DNA of 64,000 nucleotides from Candidatus Omnitrophota bacterium (GTDB lineage Bacteria; Omnitrophota; Gorgyraeia; JAFGHF01): NCBI GenBank assembly GCA_016939375.1, contig JAFGHF010000024.1, positions 9,828 to 73,827 of the forward strand, read 5' to 3'. Shown piece by piece: positions 17,803 to 26,922 of this stretch (position 1 is its first letter; each line of letters starts with the position of its first letter). The notes under the pieces were generated by a model. It saw only the letters and a program-made list of their open reading frames with translations, ran no database searches and was not told where the DNA came from. The position numbers and the translations under genes were made by a program.

Positions 17803-19616
17803 ATATTTTAGGAATATCGGCATTTTATCATGATAGCGCTGCTTGTCTTGTACAGGACGGAAAGATAATCGCTGCGGCTCAAGAAGAACGTTTCACGCGC
17901 AAGAAGCATGACCATACCTTCCCCAAAAATGCCATAGAGTATTGCTTGCAAGAAGGCGCCGTTTCCGGCAAAGACTTGGATTTTGTCGCCTTTTATGATA
18001 AACCTTTTATTAAGTTCGAACGATTGCTGCAGACCTACCTTTACTATGCCCCTCTGGGCATACGTTCATTTATCAAAGCTATGCCTCTTTGGATCAAACA
18101 AAAGCTCTGGATAAAAGAATTGATCCGCAAAGAACTTGATTACGAAGGAAAGATCGTTTTTCCCGAGCACCATTACTCACACGCTGCTTCCGCATTCTTC
18201 CCTTCACCATTTAAACAAGCGGCCTTCCTGACTATCGACGGAGTGGGTGAATGGAGTACGGCAAGTTTTGGTGAAGGAAAAGATAATAATATCCGCATTC
18301 TCCGCGAGATCCATTTTCCGCATTCTTTGGGATTATTGTATTCTACTTTTACCTACTATACAGGATTCAAGGTCAATTCCGGGGAATATAAGCTGATGGG
18401 CCTGGCGCCTTATGGCGAACCCAAGTATAAAGATCTGATCCTTTCCGAACTCCTTGACTTAAAAAAAGACGGCTCTTTTAAGATGAACATAAAATATTTT
18501 GGTTATTGCTACGGATTAAAGATGACCAACAGTAAGTTTGAGAGACTGTTCGGCGGGCCGCCGCGAAAACCGGAATCCAAACTTACTCAACGGCATATGG
18601 ACCTTGCCCGTTCTGTGCAAGAAGTAACAGAGGAGATAATGTTACGCATGTCTCGCTATGTATATGAACAGACGGGAAGAGAAAACCTTTGTTTAGCCGG
18701 GGGCGTAGCCTTAAATTGCGTGGGCAACGGCAGGATCTTACGCGAAGGGCCATTTCGCAACGTATGGATCCAACCGGCTTCCAGTGACGCCGGTGGGGCT
18801 CTGGGTGCGGCTCTTTTTACGTGGTATCAGTATTTGGACAATGAAAGGGTTACGCGCCAAAATAAGGACCTTCAACAGGGTTCTTATCTTGGCCCTCAAT
18901 TCAACAACGGCTGTATCAAAGAGTATCTTAGAAGCAATGATATTCCTTTTGTAGAACTTACCGAGGCCGAGCTACCTGAGAAGGTCGCCGATTTGATCGC
19001 TGAACAGAAGGTGATCGGTTGGTTTCAGGGGCGCATGGAGTTTGGGCCCAGGGCCTTAGGGAATCGCTCGATTTTAGGGGATGCGCGTTCGCCTAAGATG
19101 CAGGAAACAATAAACTTAAAAATAAAATTCCGGGAAAGTTTCCGCCCTTTTGCGCCTTCAGTGCTAAGAGAAAAAGTTTCTGAGTATTTCGAATTTAATA
19201 AAGAAAGCCCGTATATGTTAGTGGTGGCGCCGGTCAACCATCAAATCCGCCGTAAAACCAACGCAGATGAAAAGCAACTTTTTGGTCTTGATAAGCTACA
19301 TCTGGAACGTTCCAATATCCCTGCCGTGACACATGTCGATTATTCAGCTCGAATACAGACAGTGGCAAAAGAAGACAATCCTCTATTTTATAAAATGATA
19401 GAGAAATTTGGCCAAAAATATGGTTGCCCCGTGATCATTAATACCTCTTTTAATGTGCGCGGCGAGCCTATTGTCTGTAATCCCCAAGATGCTTATTTGT
19501 GTTTTATGCGCACCAATATGGACTATTTGCTTATGGGAAACTTTTTAGTCGAAAAAAAAGTACAAAAGCCCTTGGATAAGGATATCGATTGGCTTAAACA
19601 GTTTGCATTGGATTGA
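17799..19616 (+). CDS. Carbamoyltransferase (NodU/CmcH family)
   Basis: N-terminal ILGISAFYHDSAACLVQDG...EERFTRKKHD, which is the characteristic start of NodU/CmcH O-carbamoyltransferases; 605 aa. Confidence 0.85.
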   Translation: MNILGISAFYHDSAACLVQDGKIIAAAQEERFTRKKHDHTFPKNAIEYCLQEGAVSGKDLDFVAFYDKPFIKFERLLQTYLYYAPLGIRSFIKAMPLWIKQKLWIKELIRKELDYEGKIVFPEHHYSHAASAFFPSPFKQAAFLTIDGVGEWSTASFGEGKDNNIRILREIHFPHSLGLLYSTFTYYTGFKVNSGEYKLMGLAPYGEPKYKDLILSELLDLKKDGSFKMNIKYFGYCYGLKMTNSKFERLFGGPPRKPESKLTQRHMDLARSVQEVTEEIMLRMSRYVYEQTGRENLCLAGGVALNCVGNGRILREGPFRNVWIQPASSDAGGALGAALFTWYQYLDNERVTRQNKDLQQGSYLGPQFNNGCIKEYLRSNDIPFVELTEAELPEKVADLIAEQKVIGWFQGRMEFGPRALGNRSILGDARSPKMQETINLKIKFRESFRPFAPSVLREKVSEYFEFNKESPYMLVVAPVNHQIRRKTNADEKQLFGLDKLHLERSNIPAVTHVDYSARIQTVAKEDNPLFYKMIEKFGQKYGCPVIINTSFNVRGEPIVCNPQDAYLCFMRTNMDYLLMGNFLVEKKVQKPLDKDIDWLKQFALD

Positions 19617-19638
19617 AAAAGGACAAAGAGAACAGAGC

Positions 19639-20052
19639 ATGATCGAGGAGATTAAAAATATTAAGAGCGGCATCAAAGAACTTCGCCAATTCGGCATTAC
19701 CCTCGCTATCGTTACGGGAGTTTTAGGTGGACTGTTTTTATTCCGGGGCAAGGATTTCTTTTTCTACTTCTTGATCTTTTCTTTTTCATTCCTTTGCCTG
19801 GGCTTGCTCCGTCCACAATTACTTAAACCGGTACAAAAGGCGTGGATGACGCTGGCCGTCATAATCGGATGGTTGGTCACAAGATTGATATTGCTGGTTT
19901 TATTCTACTTTATAGTGACCCCCATAGGCATATGTGCTAGGATATGCGGCCAAAAATTATTAGATGCTAAATATGATAAATATGCCGCCAGTTACTGGCT
20001 CCCCAAGGGAGCATTGCCAGCGGATAAGAAAGTTTATGAAAATCAGTTTTAG
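19639..20052 (+). CDS. SxtJ-like small membrane protein; start moved to the ATG at 19639
   Basis: About 137 aa with two hydrophobic segments immediately downstream of the carbamoyltransferase, which is a recurrent gene neighbourhood. The track start (TTG 19603) overlaps the carbamoyltransferase C-terminus. Confidence 0.45.
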   Translation: MIEEIKNIKSGIKELRQFGITLAIVTGVLGGLFLFRGKDFFFYFLIFSFSFLCLGLLRPQLLKPVQKAWMTLAVIIGWLVTRLILLVLFYFIVTPIGICARICGQKLLDAKYDKYAASYWLPKGALPADKKVYENQF

Positions 20053-20077
20053 CTTGATAGAAAGGTAGAAATACGCC

Positions 20078-20236
20078 ATGAGCAAATTGTTTATTATTAA
20101 AGAATTTTGGTCATTTTTGATGCAGCGAAAGAAATGGTGGCTTTTGCCCATCGTGATAATGTTGCTTCTTCTGGGCGCCCTGATTGTCTTTACTGAGAGC
20201 TCTGCTATAGCCCCTTTTATTTACACTTTGTTTTAA
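20078..20236 (+). CDS. DUF5989-like micro-protein (52 aa); not listed in the ORF track because it is below the length cutoff
   Basis: Translation MSKLFIIKEFWSFLMQRKKWWLLPIVIMLLLLGALIVFTESSAIAPFIYTLF. The EFW..F...RKKWWL, single TM and C-terminal APFIYTLF pattern match DUF5989 proteins, which typically follow carbamoyltransferase/SxtJ genes. RBS AGGTAG is 8 nt upstream. Confidence 0.6.
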   Translation: MSKLFIIKEFWSFLMQRKKWWLLPIVIMLLLLGALIVFTESSAIAPFIYTLF

Positions 20237-20312
20237 GACAAAATTTTCCTAACTCCCTATAGACAAAGTAGTTAAGTCATAGACCTTTCTGAGCCTTTTC
20301 TGCAATATTCCC

Positions 20313-20341
20313 TTGACATTTAGGCCCTAATGCCATAAAAT
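20313..20341 (+). promoter_or_regulatory. Near-consensus sigma70 promoter upstream of the wHTH regulator gene
   Basis: TTGACA (20313-20318), a 17-nt spacer, then TAAAAT (20336-20341), about 75 nt upstream of the ATG at 20415. Confidence 0.45.
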
Positions 20342-20414
20342 AGTATATCGTTCATTTTTAGAACGCTGGCCTAAAAACGCCTTAAATTTCAGCAAAAAAT
20401 TGATTAAATAGCAT

Positions 20415-21035
20415 ATGCCACCATTAAAAAATAAGTTCCTAAAACCCACCGAACACCTGCGCAATCTGCAGCTTCTGGAAGAGATATCCAAGGATTCTAC
20501 TATTTCCCAGAGGAAGCTTGCCTTGCGCTTGGGCACGGCTCTAGGCGTGACTAATGCCTGCCTAAAAAAGATGGTCAATAAAGGTCTGGTCAAGGCCAAA
20601 GGCATTAATCATAAGCGGATCGCCTATTATCTCACCCCCAAAGGATTTAGCGAAAAAACCAAACTTACCTATCACTTTCTGCAGCATACTATAAGGTTTT
20701 ACTCCAATTTGAAAGACAATATTACCGATAAGCTTTCAATACTTTCCAAAGATGGCCCTAAGCGGATAATATGCTATGGCGCAGGAGAGGTTTTAGAGGT
20801 AGCCTTTGTCATCTTAAGCGAGATGGAATCACAGTTTTCGGTCTTGGGGATCGTTGATGACGATAGAAATAAACAAGGCAAAAAGGTATTTGGGCATCCG
20901 GTACAGCAGCCGGAAGTGATACCAAAATTAAAGCCAGATGTGATATTGGTCACATCCATAAAATATAAAGATAAGATCATGCGTAACTTGAGTAACAGCA
21001 AAGAGTTTTCAGAATTTAAAATCTTTAGTTTATAA
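20415..21035 (+). CDS. Winged-helix transcriptional regulator with a C-terminal Rossmann-like (PglD/NeuD N-terminal-like) domain
   Basis: N-terminal wHTH (ISQRKLALRLGTALGVTNACLKKMVNKGLV). C-terminal ICYGAGEVLEVAFVIL...GIVDDDRNKQGKKVFGHPV resembles the nucleotide/CoA-binding N-domains of sugar acyltransferases. Confidence 0.45.
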   Translation: MPPLKNKFLKPTEHLRNLQLLEEISKDSTISQRKLALRLGTALGVTNACLKKMVNKGLVKAKGINHKRIAYYLTPKGFSEKTKLTYHFLQHTIRFYSNLKDNITDKLSILSKDGPKRIICYGAGEVLEVAFVILSEMESQFSVLGIVDDDRNKQGKKVFGHPVQQPEVIPKLKPDVILVTSIKYKDKIMRNLSNSKEFSEFKIFSL

Positions 21036-21053
21036 AAGCGTACGGAGGATAAG

Positions 21054-21854
21054 ATGAAACACTTAGACAGGTTGGAAAATCAGAGTATTTACATAATCCG
21101 TGAGGCATATAGCCAGTTTAAGAAAGTGGCTATGCTTTGGTCGATAGGCAAAGATTCGACCACCCTTCTTTGGTTGGCCAGAAAGGCATTTTATGGAAAG
21201 CTCCCTTTTCCGGTAATGCACCTGGATACGGGATATAAGTTCAAGGAGATCTATGAATTCAGGGATAAATATGCCAAAGAATGGGGGCTTGACTTGATCG
21301 TCAGCAAGAACCAGAAAGCGCTAGACCGGGGCGTGAGTCCGACAAAAGGAAAGCTGGAGTGTTGCACCGAGTTAAAGACAAACGCATTAAAAGAGGCTAT
21401 TGCCCAAGGCGCCTTTCGGGCCCTTTATCTGGGTATCCGCAGAGACGAACACGGCATTCGGGCAAAGGAGAGATATTTTTCACCGCGGGATGAGGATTTC
21501 GAGTGGAACTACAAAGAACAGCCACCGGAGCTCTGGGACCAATATAAGACCAAGGCAAAAGATGAGGAACACATCCGCGTGCACCCTCTGCTGGGATGGA
21601 GGGAAATAGATGTCTGGCAGTATATTAGAAGGGAGGATATTCCTATAGTAAGGCTTTATTTTGCCCAAGGCGGCAAAAGATACAGAAGCATCGGTTGCGA
21701 GACCTGCTGTAACCCTGTCGAATCCACCGCCGATACCATCGATAAAATTATTGAAGAGTTGAAGACCTCTAAGGTATCAGAAAGAAGCGGCCGGGCGCAG
21801 GATAAGGAATCGGCCTATATGATGCAAAAACTGAGATCATTGGGATATATGTGA
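21054..21854 (+). CDS. cysD: Sulfate adenylyltransferase subunit 2
   Basis: PAPS-reductase/ATP-PPase fold with the SIGKDS P-loop (AMLWSIGKDSTTLLWLARKAFYG), at the expected position just upstream of cysN. Confidence 0.8.
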   Translation: MKHLDRLENQSIYIIREAYSQFKKVAMLWSIGKDSTTLLWLARKAFYGKLPFPVMHLDTGYKFKEIYEFRDKYAKEWGLDLIVSKNQKALDRGVSPTKGKLECCTELKTNALKEAIAQGAFRALYLGIRRDEHGIRAKERYFSPRDEDFEWNYKEQPPELWDQYKTKAKDEEHIRVHPLLGWREIDVWQYIRREDIPIVRLYFAQGGKRYRSIGCETCCNPVESTADTIDKIIEELKTSKVSERSGRAQDKESAYMMQKLRSLGYM

Positions 21855-21863
21855 TCTTAATTC

Positions 21864-21905
21864 AAAATTAAAAATTGAAAATTCAAAATTGAAAATTTAA
21901 AACTG
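21864..21905. repeat. Six tandem copies of a 7-bp unit AAAATTN in the cysD to DUF2061 intergenic region
   Basis: aaaatta aaaattg aaaattc aaaattg aaaattt aaaactg read directly from the sequence; the region ends at the GGAG RBS of the downstream gene. Confidence 0.6.
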
Positions 21906-21915
21906 GAGATGAAAA

Positions 21916-22230
21916 ATGGAGGAATATAAGGATGCACATTGGCGTTCACTTTTTAAAGCCTTAAGCTGGAGGATCCTGGCTACAGCCTCGACGATACTTA
22001 TAGTATATACTTTCACTCATAAGCTTGTCCTTTCTTTAGAAGTAGGCGCTGTCGAGGTAGTGGTAAAATTGATTCTCTATTACGTACACGAGCGGGCCTG
22101 GTTGTCTGTTCCTTTGGGTAGCAAGATACACCCGCTTTCGTCTCTGCCAGTTAAAGACGCTATAAAAGAAGAAGATATGGAAAAAATCAAAATCAAACTA
22201 AAAGAATTGGGGTACTTAGATGAAATCTGA
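21916..22230 (+). CDS. DUF2061-like small membrane protein with a CysD-like C-terminal tail
   Basis: WRSLFKALSWRILATASTILIVYTFTHKL...KLILYYVHERAW matches the DUF2061 pattern, followed by a roughly 35-aa extension ending KIKLKELGYLDEI. Its 3' end overlaps the cysN start by 11 nt. Confidence 0.55.
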   Translation: MEEYKDAHWRSLFKALSWRILATASTILIVYTFTHKLVLSLEVGAVEVVVKLILYYVHERAWLSVPLGSKIHPLSSLPVKDAIKEEDMEKIKIKLKELGYLDEI

Positions 22231-23458
22231 CGTAAATGCACTTAAATTCGTTATAGTCGGTCATGTAGACCACGGTAAGTCCACTCTTATCGGCAGACTT
22301 TTCTTTGATACCGATTCCCTGTCAGCGGATAAAATGGAAGAGGTAAAGGCGGCCTCCAAAGACCTGGGCCGCCAGACAGAGTTTGCTTTTCTGCTGGACC
22401 ATTTGCGTGAAGAAAGGGAACAGGGCATTACCATAGATACGGCACAGACATTTTTTAAGACCAAAAAGAGGGAGTATGTGATCATCGATGCCCCCGGACA
22501 TCGTGAGTTTGTGAAAAATATGATAACCGGGGCCTCGCAGGCAGAGGCAGCCGTTTTAATAATCGATGTCGACCAGGGGGTGCAGGAACAGACCAGGCGC
22601 CATGCATATATTTTGGCTATGCTGGGTTTAGAACAGGTGATAGTCATCCTCAATAAAATGGATTTGGTGGGTTTTAGCAAAGATAAGTTTGAGCAAGTCC
22701 GGACTGAGGCCGAGAAGTTTTTACAGTCCATCAATATCAAGGCCAAGTTTTATATCCCTGTATCAGCGATCAAGGGAGATAATGTGGCCAAAAGATCAAA
22801 AAATATGAAATGGTATGACGGCTTGACTGTATTGGAGAGCCTGGATGCTTTGCAAAATAGGGTTTCTGCGGAGAATAAAGCGCCGGTTATGCCTGTGCAG
22901 GATATCTATAAAATCGGTGAAAAAAGGATCATTGCCGGCAGGATTGAAGCTGGAGTAATCAAGAAAGGACAAAAAGTGAAGATACTGCCAAGCGGAGAAG
23001 ACACAGAGGTCAAGTCTATCGAGAAGTTTTTGCAGAAGACCGATAAGTCCGTTGCCGGAGAAAGTACCGGTATTACTACCAGCACACCCGCCTTTTTGGA
23101 GCGAGGAAATATTATCTGTGCAGGGGATGGGCAACCAACCTTAACCGATTCTTTTAGGGCAAATATCTTTTGGATGGCCAGAGAGAACTTTGACAAAGAG
23201 CAGAAGATCACCTTAAGATGTGCTACCCAGGAGATATCCTGCAAGATCGAAAAAATAGTCAAAAGGATGGATTCTTCCACCCTGGAAGTCATCGAAGAAG
23301 ATGCCGCCACATTAAAACCGTTAGAAGTGGGAGAGGTCCTGATCAAGACCAAGCGTGCGGTTGCCATCAAACGCTTTAATGACCTGGAAGAGCTAGGCAG
23401 ATTTGTCTTGGTAAAGAATGAAAATACCTGTGCCGGTGGGATTATTACGGAGGTGTAA
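22220..23458 (+). CDS. cysN: Sulfate adenylyltransferase subunit 1 (GTPase), not fused to an APS kinase domain
   Basis: G1 motif GHVDHGKSTLIGRL, DAPGH, NKMD, EF-Tu-like domains II/III; 412 aa, so no C-terminal CysC domain. Confidence 0.85.
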   Translation: MKSDVNALKFVIVGHVDHGKSTLIGRLFFDTDSLSADKMEEVKAASKDLGRQTEFAFLLDHLREEREQGITIDTAQTFFKTKKREYVIIDAPGHREFVKNMITGASQAEAAVLIIDVDQGVQEQTRRHAYILAMLGLEQVIVILNKMDLVGFSKDKFEQVRTEAEKFLQSINIKAKFYIPVSAIKGDNVAKRSKNMKWYDGLTVLESLDALQNRVSAENKAPVMPVQDIYKIGEKRIIAGRIEAGVIKKGQKVKILPSGEDTEVKSIEKFLQKTDKSVAGESTGITTSTPAFLERGNIICAGDGQPTLTDSFRANIFWMARENFDKEQKITLRCATQEISCKIEKIVKRMDSSTLEVIEEDAATLKPLEVGEVLIKTKRAVAIKRFNDLEELGRFVLVKNENTCAGGIITEV

Positions 23459-23460
23459 TC

Positions 23461-24738
23461 TTGGTGTTTGATAATAGCAGAAGACGTACTTTTGTATTGG
23501 GGTTAGACGGGGTGCCCTATTCTTTTCTCAAACAGGCCTTTGCCAAGGGACAAATGCCGCACCTGGCTAAAATGGCAGGGCAAGCGGGCTTGAAAAAAAT
23601 AAACTCCGTATATCCTACTATCTCATCAGTGGCCTGGACCAGCTATATGACCGGAGTAAACCCTGCTGAGCATAATATTTTTGGATTTGTTAATAGGAAT
23701 GCTGACCCTTTTAGGATAACTATACCCACTGCCCAAGACAGGAAAGCAGAGACGATATGGAGCGCGCTTTCCCGGCAAGGCAAGCGGGTCATAGTAATTA
23801 ATGTACCTTTGACCTATCCTCCCGAAGAAGTAAACGGCATACTGGCTTCCGGTTTCTTGTGTACAGATATTGAAAAATGTGCCTACCCAGCGAGCTTTAA
23901 TAGATATCTAAAAGAAAAAGACTATATTATCGATGTTGATGCCTGGCTGGCGCGCAGTAACAAAAAGGAAGAATTTATGCAGCAGTTGCACCAGGCCATG
24001 GAGAAACGCTTTCAGCTGGCCTGGGAATTGATCGAAAAAGAAAAGTGGGATTTCTTTCAGTTGCATATTATGGAGACAGACCGCCTGTTCCACTTTTTCT
24101 GGAATGATGTTGAAAATCAATCGGAATTTAGTGCCCCGGCCAATAGCTTTTTTGAAAAGCTCGACCTCTTCATTCATAAATTGCAAGAAAGACTCTCTGG
24201 CAACGACCGTTTATTGATCTTGTCTGACCACGGATTTTGCGCTGTAAAGAGCGAGGTGCAACTAAATGCATGGTTAGAGGAACAGGGGTTTTTGAGATTC
24301 GAAGATAATGTCGAAAAAAAACTGCCCAATTATTCAAAGGAAAGCCTTTGTTATTCCCTTATTCCGGGCAGGATATTTATCAACTTGCAAGGCAGAGAGC
24401 AAAAGGGCAGTGTCAGCAAGAATGATTATCAAAAATTACGCTTGGAGATCAAAGAAAAGCTGCTTGAATTTAACGATCCCAATAATGGAGAAAAAGTGAT
24501 CGAAAAGGTATTTTTCCGGGAAGAGATTTATAAAGGGCCATATCTTGAACAAGCCGCCGATATCATTGCCCATCCGGTAGACGGCTACGACTTAAAAGGT
24601 AAGGTGGGCGCAAAGGCAGTATTTGAGATGAGTGAATTAAATGGCATGCATACATATGATGATGCCTTTGCCTTGGGAATAAATTTAGGTCTCGATTCAA
24701 TAGATTCAATACAAGATTTCAAAAAAATAATTCATTGA
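23461..24738 (+). CDS. Cytoplasmic alkaline-phosphatase-superfamily protein (type I phosphodiesterase/nucleotide pyrophosphatase-like, PF01663-like)
   Basis: LGLDGVPYSF metal-site start, PTISSVAWTSYMTGVNPAEHNIFGF (nucleophile Ser/Thr region aligned to NPP TFPN...TG..P..HGI), LILSDHGF; no signal peptide. TTG/GTG start after RBS GGAGG. Confidence 0.65.
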   Translation: MVFDNSRRRTFVLGLDGVPYSFLKQAFAKGQMPHLAKMAGQAGLKKINSVYPTISSVAWTSYMTGVNPAEHNIFGFVNRNADPFRITIPTAQDRKAETIWSALSRQGKRVIVINVPLTYPPEEVNGILASGFLCTDIEKCAYPASFNRYLKEKDYIIDVDAWLARSNKKEEFMQQLHQAMEKRFQLAWELIEKEKWDFFQLHIMETDRLFHFFWNDVENQSEFSAPANSFFEKLDLFIHKLQERLSGNDRLLILSDHGFCAVKSEVQLNAWLEEQGFLRFEDNVEKKLPNYSKESLCYSLIPGRIFINLQGREQKGSVSKNDYQKLRLEIKEKLLEFNDPNNGEKVIEKVFFREEIYKGPYLEQAADIIAHPVDGYDLKGKVGAKAVFEMSELNGMHTYDDAFALGINLGLDSIDSIQDFKKIIH

Positions 24739-24760
24739 TCAGATAGAAAGAGAGGATTTC

Positions 24761-25882
24761 ATGACCATCCCGCTTTTGGACTTAAAAAAGCAATATCAGT
24801 CTATTAAACAAGAGATCGATGCGCGTATCTCGAAGATATTGGAATCGGGTAGGTTTATTTTGGGCCCGGAAGTAAGTAGCTTAGAGGCGGAAGTAGCTGA
24901 CTTTTGTCAGGCTAAATACGCTATAGGGGTAGCTTCAGGAACAGATGCCCTTGAGCTAGCCTTAAGGGCATTGGGGGTAAAGGCTGGCGATGAGGTCATC
25001 ACCACGCCTTTTACTTTTATTGCCACGACCGAAGCTATCACACAGGTGGGGGCTAAAGTAGTATTTGTGGATATCCGGCTGGACACATATAACATCGATC
25101 CCGAAAAGATAAGAGAAAAGATTACCCCCCGTTCTAAAGTCATCATCCCCGTACATCTCTACGGCCAGCCTTGTGATGTAGAGGAAATAATGGAAATCGC
25201 GCGCGAAAACAATCTCTTGGTGATCGAAGATTGTGCCCAGGCGATCGGAGCGGAATACAAGGGCAAAAAGGTAGGTTCTTTCGGGGATATCGGCTGTTTT
25301 AGCTTTTTCCCCAGCAAGAACCTAGGCGGATATGGAGACGGAGGTATGTGCACGACGGAAAAAGAAGAGCTTGCCGAGAAACTCAGGATGTTGCGGGTTC
25401 ACGGCAGCAAGAATAAATACCAGCACATTACTGAAGGACGCAACAGCCGCTTGGATGAGATCCAAGCCGGGATTTTAAGAATAAAATTACAACATCTTAA
25501 TCAATGGAACCAGCAGCGCAGGGAAAAAGCCAGGCTATACACAAAGATGTTTAAAGAAAGCGGACTGGCCGATAAAGTTATCTTGCCGGTGGAGACCAAA
25601 GACGTCAAACACGTCTTTAATCTTTATGTCATCAGAGTCAGGCACAGAGACGAATTACTGGGTTTTTTAAAATCAAAAGAAATATTTGCTGCTGTGCATT
25701 ATCCCATTCCTTTGCATCTGCAAGAGGTCTATAAGCAAGCAGGGCACAAGATAGGAGATTTTCCTAATGCAGAACTCACAGCCCGCGAGATCATTTCGCT
25801 GCCATTTTTCCCGGAGATCAGCGAAGAACAAATTAGCGCTGTGGTAGAGTCGATCAAAGAATTTTTGGAAAGTAACAACTAA
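24761..25882 (+). CDS. PLP-dependent sugar aminotransferase (DegT/DnrJ/EryC1/StrS family; WbpE/FdtB-like)
   Basis: N-terminal IPLLDLKKQY...GRFILGPEV, a conserved Lys region (FSFFPSKNLG), 373 aa. Confidence 0.85.
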   Translation: MTIPLLDLKKQYQSIKQEIDARISKILESGRFILGPEVSSLEAEVADFCQAKYAIGVASGTDALELALRALGVKAGDEVITTPFTFIATTEAITQVGAKVVFVDIRLDTYNIDPEKIREKITPRSKVIIPVHLYGQPCDVEEIMEIARENNLLVIEDCAQAIGAEYKGKKVGSFGDIGCFSFFPSKNLGGYGDGGMCTTEKEELAEKLRMLRVHGSKNKYQHITEGRNSRLDEIQAGILRIKLQHLNQWNQQRREKARLYTKMFKESGLADKVILPVETKDVKHVFNLYVIRVRHRDELLGFLKSKEIFAAVHYPIPLHLQEVYKQAGHKIGDFPNAELTAREIISLPFFPEISEEQISAVVESIKEFLESNN

Positions 25883-25896
25883 ATCAAGGAGAGAAA

Positions 25897-26922
25897 ATGA
25901 TTACCTTAGCTCATGTCGGGGCAGGCGCCTGGGGCCAAAACCACATTAGGACATTTTCCAGCTTAAAGGATTGTCATCTAAAGATATGCTGTGATAAGAG
26001 AAAAGAGGCGTTGGATAAGATAAGCACCGTCTATGGCCACAGGTTTGAATTGACGAGCGACTTCGAGGATATTTTAAAAGATAAGGACGTCCAGGCGGTA
26101 GTGATTGCTTCCCCGGCTGGTTTTCATGTCCAGATGGCTATGGAGGCACTCTCGGCCGGTAAGCATGTATTTGTCGAAAAGCCTCTTGCTTTGAATCTAA
26201 GGGAGGGTAAAAAAGTCGTTGATTTCGCCCGCAAAAACAAAAAGATCCTGATGGTCGGCCATTTACTGCTCTATCACCCCGCCGTTTTAATGCTTAAGGA
26301 ATATATCCAAAAAGGCGAATTGGGCGATGTGTTTTACCTGTATTCTACGAGGGTGAATCTAGGAAGGATCAGGGAGGAAGAAAATGCACTCTGGAGCCTT
26401 ACTTCACATGATATTTCTGTGACTCTGTTTTTACTGGCAGATGTACCTATCGAAGTCACTACTAAGGGCGAGAGTTACTTAAGGAAGGGAATCGAAGACG
26501 TAGTTTTCGCAACGCTTAAATTTAAAAACGATGTTTTGGCTCAGATACATGCCAGCTGGCTCGACCCCCATAAGATGAGGAAATTTACTATAGTAGGATC
26601 GAAAAAGATGGCTGTTTTCGATGACATGCAAGCTTCCGAGAAGATCCGCCTCTACGATAAAGGAGTAGAGCGCAAGACCGACTACCATACCTATGCCGAA
26701 TACCTAGCTCTGCGGAATGGGGATATAAATATCCCCCGAGTGGATATGAAAGAACCTCTGCAAGTCGAGTGCCAGCATTTTCTTGATTGTATCAATAAAG
26801 GCGAACAGCCGGTAAGTGATGGCCACAACAGCCTAAAGGTGTTAGCAGTTTTAGAGGCCGCGCAGGCTTCTTTGGATAAAGGCGGATTACCTGTGAAAAT
26901 AAAGGACGCAGGAGATGAGTAA
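25897..26922 (+). CDS. Gfo/Idh/MocA-family oxidoreductase (WbpB-like UDP-sugar 3-dehydrogenase)
   Basis: N-terminal Rossmann motif HVGAGAWGQNH and the EKP motif (FVEKPLA); positioned next to the aminotransferase. Confidence 0.7.
   Translation: MITLAHVGAGAWGQNHIRTFSSLKDCHLKICCDKRKEALDKISTVYGHRFELTSDFEDILKDKDVQAVVIASPAGFHVQMAMEALSAGKHVFVEKPLALNLREGKKVVDFARKNKKILMVGHLLLYHPAVLMLKEYIQKGELGDVFYLYSTRVNLGRIREEENALWSLTSHDISVTLFLLADVPIEVTTKGESYLRKGIEDVVFATLKFKNDVLAQIHASWLDPHKMRKFTIVGSKKMAVFDDMQASEKIRLYDKGVERKTDYHTYAEYLALRNGDINIPRVDMKEPLQVECQHFLDCINKGEQPVSDGHNSLKVLAVLEAAQASLDKGGLPVKIKDAGDE

Noticed and set aside
19603..19638. TTG-initiated N-terminal extension of the SxtJ-like ORF
   Set aside because: Overlaps the carbamoyltransferase stop region. 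An in-frame ATG at 19639 with a purine-rich upstream stretch gives a protein of typical SxtJ size.
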